This document shows, piece by piece, positions 53,827 to 64,000 of a stretch of 64,000 bases of DNA. The notes below the pieces were generated by a model, which was given only the letters and a program-made list of their open reading frames with translations, searched no databases and had not been told where the DNA came from. Source of the stretch: the human T2T-CHM13v2.0 reference genome, Homo sapiens. The translations under genes were made by a program, and so were the position numbers. Each line of letters begins with the position of its first letter. Positions within the stretch are counted from its first letter, which is position 1. Location: the NCBI RefSeq assembly GCF_009914755.1, contig NC_060930.1. One strand, 5' to 3'.

Positions 53827-54023
53827 TACAATTGACACATTAAATGTCAATTGTAATTGACAATTGTCAAATGTCAATTGTAATTGACAATTGTCAAATG
53901 TCAATTGTAATTGACAATTGTCAAATGTCAATTGTAATTGACAATTGTCAAATGTCAATTGTAATTGACAATTGTCAAATGTCAATTGTAATTGTAATTG
54001 TCAATTGTAATTGTAATTGTCAA
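53827..54023. repeat. 27-bp palindromic minisatellite, 5 perfect copies plus degenerate tail
   Basis: AAATGTCAATTGTAATTGACAATTGTC at 53842, 53869, 53896, 53923, 53950. Confidence 0.97.
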
Positions 54024-54372
54024 CTACATGTATATATGTATATATACTCCTGAAAATAATCTCTCTCTTTAATTCTTTTCAGAAGCAGCTTAAAGTTACA
54101 TGGAGAAAATTCTTAAGTAGTTGATATTACAATGTCAACTTTTGCCTATTTTCAGACTTTGTACTTAGATACTATATGCAAATTGCAGTTTTGTATTTTT
54201 CCCCTGAGGATTGTTCTAGTGTTCCCACCTGCCCTATCTTCACAGCTTTTTTTATCCCATTCCTACTTTATCCTTTGAGACACTGGTCTCATTCATTCAC
54301 TCATCCATTCATTCATTTATATGGTAAATATTAAGCAAGAGTCCCTATTTTCACAAATCTGACATTGTTGAC

Positions 54373-54550
54373 CAGGGTTTCTCAACCTTGGCACTACTGA
54401 CAATTTGGCTAGATAACTCTTTGCTGTGGGGGACTGTCCTATGTAATGTTGGATGTTTAGTGACATCCCTGTTCTCTACCTAATATACGCTGATAGGGCC
54501 CAAATAAATGTCTCTTGGGTGGCAAAATCACCCTGTGTAAAGAACCACAG
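54373..54550. mobile_element. MER20 hAT-Charlie inserted in an L2 remnant
   Basis: cagggtttctcaaccttggcactactgaca...ggcaaaatcaccc...agaaccacag. Confidence 0.85.
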
Positions 54551-55144
54551 TTTGAGAGAGAAGAAAGACAATAAAGAAAAATAACATAACACAATATTAG
54601 TGATGATAAGTGCTGTGAAGTAAAATAGAAAACGGGACTGTGGTAAGAGTGGCAGCAGGAGCAAGGGTTCTAAAGCTTTCTCAAGGACAGCAGTCTGCAT
54701 AGCGCACAGATGTAGAAGCCTTGTTTCTCTTTTAACAGATGTCTATCATTCACTCTAAACCTGTCTATGGAATTGCTAATTAAGGCAAGAGCCTGATGTA
54801 TTACTTACATGATTAAATTATTTCTGGTTCTTGACTATTTACAAAATGTCACAGTCACAGTAAGATTTTTTTGAATATGTCAAGTTTCTCAACTGAATAG
54901 AACATTAATAACTTCAAATGGACTATCGCATGCTATTGATTTTACTCTCTTGTTTCTGCCACTGGAGAACACGAACATCAATAAATCACATAGGCCCTCA
55001 GTGGGTGATTGGAGGGTATATTTATTTAAAACTCTTCCATTAATTTTTGTTTATTACATTATTCAATCTATCTTATAGCTGGTCTGCCATTTTTGTGGGT
55101 TTCAGAATTGTGAGGACTCTTAATGGGAAATGCTGTGACACTGT

Positions 55145-55350
55145 GATAAATGAAAGAGCAGTGGACGGTGAGTAGCACACTTGGGTTCTCGTTCAGGCTC
55201 TGTTATTGACTGGCTCAAGGACCCTGGGCAAAGTACTTCACCTCTGGGCAGCTTCTCTTAAATAAGGACTAGTCTACCTTCTTAATTTATTTCATTGTTT
55301 TTAATGAAGAAATGATATAGCAAATGTAAGATAATCTTTTAAAATGTTAT
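55145..55350 (+). mobile_element. MIR
   Basis: gaaagagcagtggac...tgggttc...accctgggcaaagtacttcacctctggg. Confidence 0.7.
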
Positions 55351-55879
55351 ATTTTTTCTTTAAAAAATTAGGTAATTATAAGGAAGATTTATATTTCTCA
55401 GATATTCTTGAAGTTGAGGAGCCACAATTGTGACTGTTTCCATCACTTGATGTTTCTTCTCCTCTAACCTACTTAAAAATTGCAGGCCCCTGTGCTATCC
55501 TGGTAAATCTCCCTCCAGTTTGCCAGTATGTGTCATGTTTCACTGCAAACCTCACACAATTTTCTGTAAGACATGGCCTAACCCGAAAAGTATAAGGAGG
55601 CTGTTAAATCTGTGGTTTTGGAGCAGGGATTTTTTTTTTCATGATCATCCCCCACCCTCAAAGAGCCTTTATAGACATTGTTTTCGTAGTTGCTCACCTA
55701 TGAAATGCTAACATCACAGATTTATCCCCTGCCCTCCGCAGAATCAACTTTGCTCTCTGGGAATGATATGGTGGAGAAAGGGAAAGCGATTGCCTGAGTT
55801 GAGAATTCATGTTTGACTCAAAGTTAAGTTGGAGTCTAAATTCCCAGCAGCTTTTTGGCAGATCCAACCCAGTCCAAAT

Positions 55880-56120
55880 CTGCTGTGGCTGTATAGTGTG
55901 GGACACTGGCTCAGCTGGCCGGATCTGGTGTTAAATCCCTGCTCTCTGCACTGGCTTATCCTTCCCAAATACTCCATGTTTCTGAGTGGTTCTTTGGCTA
56001 TAAAATAGCATTGTATTTCCTGTTCCTGAGGTTGTTGTGAGGACTAATTGAAGTAACATATAGGAAGGTTGTTAACAGTGCATGGCAGATGAAAAACAGA
56101 AATGTTCATTATTATTTATA
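55880..56120 (+). mobile_element. MIR
   Basis: aaatccctgctctctgcact...gaggttgttgtgaggactaattga. Confidence 0.6.
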
Positions 56121-56296
56121 CCCAATAACAGCAATTTTTAAAAGGAAAAGGGGGAGAGGAGAACTAATGCTTTTAAGTCCACAACTGCATTCTACATTTG
56201 TGTAGTGGTTATTTTCACTTTATTTTTAAGCTATGTTCAGAACGTAACTTTTGCTCTTGTTTTTCTTTGTTAGGTTTGACCCCATGTTTAAACATA

Positions 56297-56704
56297 CGTA
56301 TTAGTCTGTTTTGTGTTTTTATAAAGGAATACCTTAGGCTAGGTAATTTATAAAGAAAAGAGGCTTCTTTGGTTCACAGTTCTGCAGGCTGTACAAGAAG
56401 CTTGGCTCCAGCCAGCCTCTGCTTCTTGTGAGGACCTCTGGAAACTTTCAATCATGGCAGAAAAGGAAGGGGAGCCGGCTGGCAAGAAAGGAAGCAAGAG
56501 GGGGTGGTGCCAGGTTCTTTTTAACCTCTAGCTCTCCTGTTAACTAATAGAGCAAGAACTTACTCATTAGCATGGGTAAAGCACGAAGCCATTCATGAGG
56601 GTTCTGCCCACTGACCCAAACACCTCCCACTAGATCCCACTCCAACATTAGGGATCACATTTCACCATGAGATTTTTGAGGGGACAATTATCCAATCTAT
56701 ATCA
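56297..56704 (-). mobile_element. MST (MSTB-like) solo LTR
   Basis: gtattagtctgtttt...cacagttctgcaggctgtacaagaagc...aagccattcatgaggg...ctatatca. Confidence 0.9.
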
Positions 56705-57072
56705 GCCTGACATCTGCAAATTTAATTGGCTTTTATGCTTCTCACTCAAGGTAAAAAACAGAAACAATAAACAAATAAAATACAACCACTACTTTGAGGA
56801 GGACAAGGTCAGGGAAAGCCACAAGCATGCAAGTATGCAACTAGGAAATTTCCCTGAGGACACTGGTTGTCAACCTTGACTGTATAATTTGGACTGAGGT
56901 ATGGCCTAAGTGTTGGAATTTTAAATAATTCACCAAATGATTCTAATGGGAAATAGGGTCAAGAACTACCAAATATTCAATAATAAGGAATCCACTCAAA
57001 TAGACCAACTATTACTAGAGTTTTCTTAAGTTCTCTGTTGAAATCCAGATACACTTGTCTGCAGAATTCATC

Positions 57073-57512
57073 TGTTAGGAAGAAACTTTTCCTCTATGAT
57101 CTTAGGTTCAAATGGTTGGGGTCCTGAGAGTTAACTGACGATAGATAGATTAGCAGAATAAAAGACAGTGTTTATGTATATGTACATTGCAAACCCTCAG
57201 GAGTACTCAGTGATGAGTAACTCACTGAATCCTCAAAATTAACATTTTATATACCATTTTAACAAAATGTATTTTTTTAAAAGGGCATCAGTGGAAACGT
57301 ATGGAAAGTTTATTGGGCTTTTTGATGCTAATGAGAATAGGAAGCCTGTCTCCATGGCAGCTGAATTCACAGGAAATTCCTTGCAGGGGAGTTAATGGGA
57401 GCTATATTTTCAGGACATTCTGCTTTAATCAGATAAGGGATGTTCAGATAAGATTTCTTTTTCATTTTCTGTAGCTCAAATGTTTTCACTTGAAAATAAT
57501 CTTTATGCTAAA
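57073..57512 (-). mobile_element. ERV1 LTR, MER34-like
   Basis: tcttaggttcaaatggttggggtc...tgctttaatcagataaggga...gaaaataatctttatgc. Confidence 0.6.
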
Positions 57513-57897
57513 CCGTGATCTCTTTACATGTGATAACTCTTAAAATGAGAAAATGACACACAACTACACCAAAAAAGCAAATAATTTAAGCATGGCATTA
57601 CTGAGTGCTCATTATGTCCCAGTTTTATTTACCAGGGCCAAGTAATGTGTCCAAAGTTAACAGCTAATAAATAGCAAAGCTGGGAGTATGCCCAGGTTTA
57701 CCTGACTCCAAGGTCAACACTCTGTTATACCACACTGTTCTTAATATGCCCTAGTGGTAACAGCCTCTCTTTAGACTTCTACTGAGGTTAATAAGCTATC
57801 ATACAATTCTGCTTAAGAAGATTATCAGAATATACTTTTTTCTATTTTTGGAAAAAGCAAATGTATATCTTTTTAATAGTTTTTAGCTTCCTAGCAG

Positions 57898-59130
57898 TGA
57901 CAGTGAACCAGGCCTGGTGTGCCTGTTACGCAGTATGCCAATCACTAAGGTGACAAGTTTGCAGCAGAGAAAGAGTTTATTCATGAGGCAGCCAGGTGAG
58001 GAGGTGAGAGGACAGGTCTCAAATCTGCCTCCTGAAGATGTGGTTTAGGGATATTTGTGGGATAAAGAATCAGGGTGGACTAAGGTGTGGGGTAAGATGA
58101 TTGAGGTGTCAACAAAAAGAGTCAGACTCTGTAAAATATTTGCAGAGATTTACTCTGAGCCAAATATGAGTGACTGTGGCCCATGACACAGCCCTTAAGA
58201 GGTCCTGAGAACACGTCCTCAAGGTGGTCGGGGTGCAGCTTGGTTTTATACATTTTAAGGAGGCATGAGACATTAATCAAATACATTTAAGAAATGCATT
58301 GGTTTGGTCCAGAAAGGCGGGACAATTTGAGGCAAGGGCTTCCAGGCTATAGATAAATTGAAACATTTTTTAGTTGACAATTGGCTGAGTTTGTCTAAAG
58401 ACCTGGGATCAATAGAAATGAATATCTGGGTTAAGATAAGTGGTTGTAGAGACCAAAGTTTTACCATGCAGATGAAGCTTTTAGCTAGCAGGTTTCAAAG
58501 AGAATAGGCTGTAAAATGTTTTTTATCATACTTAAAGTCTGTGTTGATGTTAATGCCGGAGAGGTATAATGAGGCATGCTAGACCCCCCACTTCCCATCA
58601 TGGCCTAAAACCGTCTCTCAGGTTAAATTTTAAGAGCCCTGGCTGAGGACGAAGTCCATTCACATGGTTGACAGGGGGAGATTAGAATTTTATTTTTGGT
58701 TTAGAGAGATTAAGGAAAAGTGAGGTAACTGGCGATCTATACGAGCATAGTCAAGCTTCGTGGCTCTTTACGGGAATCATGTTTACAAAATGGTATTTGT
58801 TAGCATGATTTTAGGGTGGAGTTTTTAGTCCCTGGACAACAAAAGGTCACCTATTGGACATTTACACCAGCCCAACTGGAGGGTTAGTGGTTTCAACCAG
58901 CTTGCATTGGACAAGAGCTGACCAAGTTCCTGAAAAACAACTTAAACAATCGTTACCATGGTGACCTACACCTCAGCGATGTTATAAGAAAGTTAGGAAA
59001 AGTTTAGTTTATATCGCTTAGCTATGTGACTTTTAGCTATATAAGTTTTAAAATCAACTAGAAGCAAGCAGCTAAAAGCAAGCCAGATGGGTTAAGTTTG
59101 GTGGGCCTAATCAGGTCAGCCCTTGTTTTA
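57898..59130 (-). mobile_element. ERV1 MER4-group solo LTR (subfamily uncertain), split by MER4A1
   Basis: LTR-like ends with antisense polyA signal (tttatt ~57976); flanked by direct repeat agcag at 57893-57897 and 59131-59135. Confidence 0.65.
58107..58705 (-). mobile_element. MER4A1 solo LTR nested in the older LTR
   Basis: tgtcaacaaaaagagtcagactctgtaaaatattt...ctgagccaaatatgagtgac...attttatttttggttta; near-TSD gagg/gaga. Confidence 0.85.
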
Positions 59131-59665
59131 AGCAGGGTTTAATCCATCTTATATGAAAAATTTCTTAACACGTTGGGATGCAATTCACTTCTATATGGAA
59201 ACTTATTTAGACCAGCTAATAGCTGTCTTCCTAATGCTTCTTTATCTTGGCCTTTAGAGGCTTCCTTCCATAGTTTTTTCCATAGTCTTTTATCTACACC
59301 TTGTTCTCCTTACCACAGAGAAAGTAATCAAAATGGAGTTGTGTGGTCTTGTATTCTCCTTCTGGTCTTTAAAAATAACATCAACCCTCAATTTCATTCA
59401 TGATAACAAGTGCCCTATGTAGTATGTCCTATCACTTCCATATTTTTTCTTACTTTAAAAATAATTAAAAATTTCAGATACTTAAAGCAAGTGTTAGGTA
59501 GCCATTATATTTGCTTAATATGAGTATTATTAATTTTTAAAAAACGTTAATAGGTTTTTTGGGAACAGGTGGTATTTAGTTAAATGAACAAGTTCTTTAG
59601 TGGTGATTTCTGAGATTTTGGTGCATCCATTACCTGAGAAGTGTACACTGTAGCAATATGTAGTC

Positions 59666-59958
59666 TTTTTTTATTTTGAGATGGAGTCTCACTCTGTTGC
59701 CCAGGCTGGAGTGCAGTGGCATGATCTCGGCTCACTGAAAGCTCCACCTCCCAGGTTCACACCATTCTCCTGCTTCAGCCTCCTGAGTAGCTGGGACTAT
59801 AGGCGCCCGCCACCACGCCCGGCTAATTTTTTGTGTTTTTAGTAGAGACGGGGTTTCAACATGTTGGCCAGGATGTTCTCGATCTCCTGACCTCATGATC
59901 CGCCCACCTCGGCCTCCCAAAGTTCTGGGATTACAGACATGAGCCGTCGTGCCCAGCC
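59666..59958 (-). mobile_element. AluY
   Basis: Y-type aagctcc, ttcacaccattctc, aggatg; 18-bp TSD agcaatatgtagtctttt at 59652-59669 and 59959-59976. Confidence 0.93.
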
Positions 59959-60164
59959 AGCAATATGTAGTCTTTTATCCCTTGCCAACCGCTATCCTTT
60001 CCTCTGAGTCTCCAAAGTCCAATGTGTCATTCTTATGCCTTTGGCTCTTCATAGCTTAGCTCTCACATATTAGTGAGAATATACGATGTTTGGTTTTCCA
60101 TTTCTGAGTTACTTCACTTAAAATAATGGTCTCCAATTCCACGATTCCATCCAGGTTGCTATGA

Positions 60165-60599
<435 letters not shown>

Positions 60600-62052
60600 C
60601 ACAGTTTCTTAATCCATTTGTTGATTGATGGGCATATGGGCTGGTTCCATATGTTTGCAACTGCAAATTGTGAGCACTGTTTAATTCTAAGCTTCCTTGT
60701 AGGTAAGGCAAAAAGCAAGCAAAGTATTTTAGGCAATTCCCATAACTAAAGGGAAATTATTTATTATATTTGTCCATTTGAAAAGATATTTTTTCATGTT
60801 GTAAAAAATTTATTAAATGAATGCTAACATAAGGATTAATAAACAACATGATCTTAACATTCTTCATGGAGTAATTTAGTTTTTTTCAATTTTTGATAAA
60901 AAGCTGAAGGTATATCAACTTGTTATTCAGTGAAAGGATAACTATTGGTAGCGAAATATAAACCTGATCTAGATTTGGAGATCAAAATTTTGGATTTATA
61001 CACTTTAGGGAATATATCAGAATGAATAACCTTCACATCACATTGAGTACTCTATGAAGAATCAGTTACATGGGCTGGACTTTTGATCAGACCCTCATAG
61101 AAAACAGCTGAGCATGATGGGCCTGGCATTCTATTGATGATTACCAATACAGTCATGTATTGCTTAAAAAGCACCTGGCCAAGTTATACATATTATAAAG
61201 GCTTTTTGGTATTCTCGTTGAGATGGATTGAGAAATATTTTATATATATTTTTTGAGAAACGTTTTATGTATGAATAATAGATGGGCAATATGAAATCAC
61301 AGTATAAAATTTAGTTTTCTTTCAACTAGTCTCAAAATTTCATGCCCATTACAAAATTAAAACTAAGAAAAAAAATTAGCCATGTTTATTTTTTCTTTTT
61401 CTGTTGTCAGTGTTCTTTTAACACCTTAGCTCTTCAGGGTGCTCTCCCTGCAGCTATATTTTTAGATGTTTCCCAGTTTCTCTCCTCATCAGGATCATTT
61501 AATATTGTAACACTTCAATTTTTAAATAACTCCATTTTAATATTTTGTGATTGAGCTATTTCACCATATGAGAATCTTAGGTCTTTCTGTTTTCTGAAAG
61601 TTTTGAAATATGACTTAAAGCTTGAACTAAATGTATGGTTATATCCCACAATTCTCGTCTCCTAACCACCCTTCCCCAAGATTATTCAGAATGTCAAGAT
61701 AACAAATTATATTTCGCGGAGTCTCATCATTCCAACTTCACCACGAGTTTTTCCTTATTGACCCAAAGTAACTTTACTGCTTTCTCTGTTGTCTGAGGCA
61801 TTAAATTGCCAGCCAGCTAGGCAAGTGAAGAAATTAATTTATTTAGTTGAATAATAATTCTAGGAGAATTGAGTACTGTTTTTTCTGTCTCCTTTCTATC
61901 ATTTGTCTAACTAATCTCTCTAGCATTTGGTGGTATAAATACAGAATAGTCATCTATTTTAATCATCTAACCAGGTAGTGTATATCATCCTCACAAATAG
62001 TGCAACTTAGATTCCAGTCTTATTGTTAACATCCTGCTACCTTCAAATATTT

Positions 62053-62345
62053 TATTTATTTATTGAGACAGAGTCTTACTTTTTGCCCAGGCTGGAGTGC
62101 AGTGGCATGATCTCGGCTCACTGCAACCTCTGCCTCCTGGGTTCAATTGATTCTTCTGCCTCAGCCTCCTGAGTAGCTGGGATAACAGGCATGTTCCACC
62201 ATGCCTGGCTAATTTTTGTATTTTTAGTAGAGGCAGGGTTTCACCATGTTGGCCAGGCTGGTCTTGAACTCCTGACCTCAACTAATCAGCTCACCTCAGC
62301 CTCCCAAAGTGCTGGGATTACAGGAGTTAGCCACTGCGCCTGGCC
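62053..62345 (-). mobile_element. AluS
   Basis: Reverse Alu dimer; TSD taccttcaaat at 62038 and 62346. Confidence 0.95.
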
Positions 62346-62744
62346 TACCTTCAAATTTTTGTCTCAGTGGATAAGACAGATTTTGTTACCCATTTTCTTC
62401 TTCAAATTGACTTGTTTGTTCTATTAAGATATACATTTTCACTTCCACTTTCTAATATTGAATCCCTCAGTTTCCCTTTGTAAATACATATGTGCATATG
62501 TGTATGCACACACACACACATATATACTCCCAAACACACCCATATATTCTTTATTGTAATACCCCGCTTGTTGATATATAGTTATGGGAGGACAAAGGTA
62601 TTTTCTGTAATATGGTTGTGTTCTCCTATGAATGCTTTGGGAAATTCCCTAATGTTTTTCTATCTGTGTCATATCTATTATATTTTTATAACCCTTGTTA
62701 ACATTTTAATATTATTTTTATTTTCCCATAAATTTTATGTTTAA

Positions 62745-63200
62745 ATCTTCTGAATTAGATCAGCAGTTCACCAGAGAAATAAGTCTTCCGTGTCCCTTTG
62801 AAAATACTTTCTAAGTCACAAATCCCCACCAAGTTTGGTATCTTAAATCATGATTCTGCCACCATCTATATAACCAGCTGCTCAGCATTTTTCCTTTCCT
62901 AAATCACACATTGAATGGGAGGAAGAATTTTAACACTTGGAACCCTTTAAAGGAACCCTTTAGCTTTCTGCCTAGGATGTCATGAATTCTAAAAATGGTT
63001 TGCATGTGTATTATGATGGCATCATTCATACCCACATGAATCAGCAGGCATGGATAGTTGTCAGCAGGTGTGATAAGGCTTGGCAGTTTTTCCATTATGT
63101 CCTGGATACATGCTGCAGAAAGGCAATGGCTTTTCTGTTTGGCCATGTCAAGTCTACATAAAATTTACTCATTCTCCTTGGTGAATGACTAGCTTTGTTC
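62745..63200 (-). mobile_element. CR1/L3 LINE ORF1 remnant (SGNH esterase domain)
   Basis: ORF 62904-63146 reads CLSAACIQDIMEKLPSLITPADNYPCLLIHVGMND...LGRKLK, collinear with CR1 ORF1p CLPGARIQDVTERLPRLIKPSDYYPFLLIHVGTND...LGRKLK. Confidence 0.8.
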
Positions 63201-64000
63201 AATTAGATAGCCTTCATTCTTTTCTGAAAATAAACTGTTATTTCATCCTAAGTAATTAATATCTGAATTTTTGTATGTTTTGGAATTTCTATGTTTTATA
63301 TCTGTAATAAAATTAAGATATATGTACATCTTAATTTATTGAGTCAATATTAATATATTTCTGAAATAATTCAAAGATTAATAGCACTATTTTATAACAA
63401 CATTATAGACAATATTGGTAGATGCATCATTCATTGTTATTTGGATGACTTAAATTATATCAGAATTACTAAATAAGAATTAAATATTGATAAAAATAGA
63501 GGGAAAGAGTATCCCATACTGTGCCATCTTTGAGGTCACAGCTCATGAAAGAGAGAAAACTGCAAAACAGACTTTATCTTTGGGTATTATTTCACAACAA
63601 TCTTATCTTACTTTGTTCTGTGGTTGGCAGGCCGTGTGCTATAGAGGCCAACAGCCAGAGTCTCTGCAGGAGGATTTCAAATAGTGCCAAATCAGAAAGA
63701 GATAGCAGCCAAAGGGAACTGACATTGCAATTGCTAGAATTTCTCCTGAAAATGTTCATATTTTAGGTAAAAATAAGCAAAATTATGTTACTGCAGTCAC
63801 TACCATGTAAAACAAGGGGCAATCTTGGTTGGGTTAAGTTATAACATGATGTTAAAAATGGAAAGTACATATCTGAAAGATATTCATGCAGTCAAATTAA
63901 TAAAAATGTCAGAATAAGCTATTTCTTATTCTGGAGGTTGTTAGAAATGAAGTAGACTAAGATGCATTCTCTGTTAGGGAAAGTCATGAAATACAGTCAT

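Noticed and set aside
53842-53976. CRISPR-like palindromic direct repeats
   Set aside because: No unique spacers, no cas genes, eukaryotic intron.
53844-54053. ORF with (MSIVIDNCQ)5 repeat peptide
   Set aside because: By-product of a 27-bp unit; no promoter, splice or homology support.
60680-60708. tccttgtAG|GTAAGG recursive-type motif
   Set aside because: Short pyrimidine tract with an AG about 11 nt upstream; likely chance.

Overview
AT-rich primate (almost certainly human) genomic DNA from inside GRIK2 (kainate receptor subunit GluK2/GluR6), transcribed on the + strand. The only host coding sequence is one 174-nt phase 0/0 exon (1898-2071) of the amino-terminal domain. The remaining ~62 kb is the start of a very long intron; I did not find the next exon (starting TDAALMYDAV) in the window. 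The intron is filled with ordinary transposon fossils: Alu, L1, L2, MIR, MaLR/ERVL/ERV1 LTRs including a full-length THE1C, and MER/Tigger DNA transposons. Supplied ORFs are spurious or TE-derived. I see no convincing novel gene system. Most notable: (i) a 27-bp minisatellite built entirely of overlapping palindromes (53827-54023); (ii) a CR1/L3 ORF1 SGNH-esterase fossil still readable as protein (62745-63200); (iii) a MaLR internal region flanked by two unrelated LTR families; (iv) several fold-back/templated-insertion scars; (v) candidate in-frame cryptic exons and recursive splice sites. Repeat subfamily names come from remembered consensus sequences, and boundaries of old repeats are approximate.
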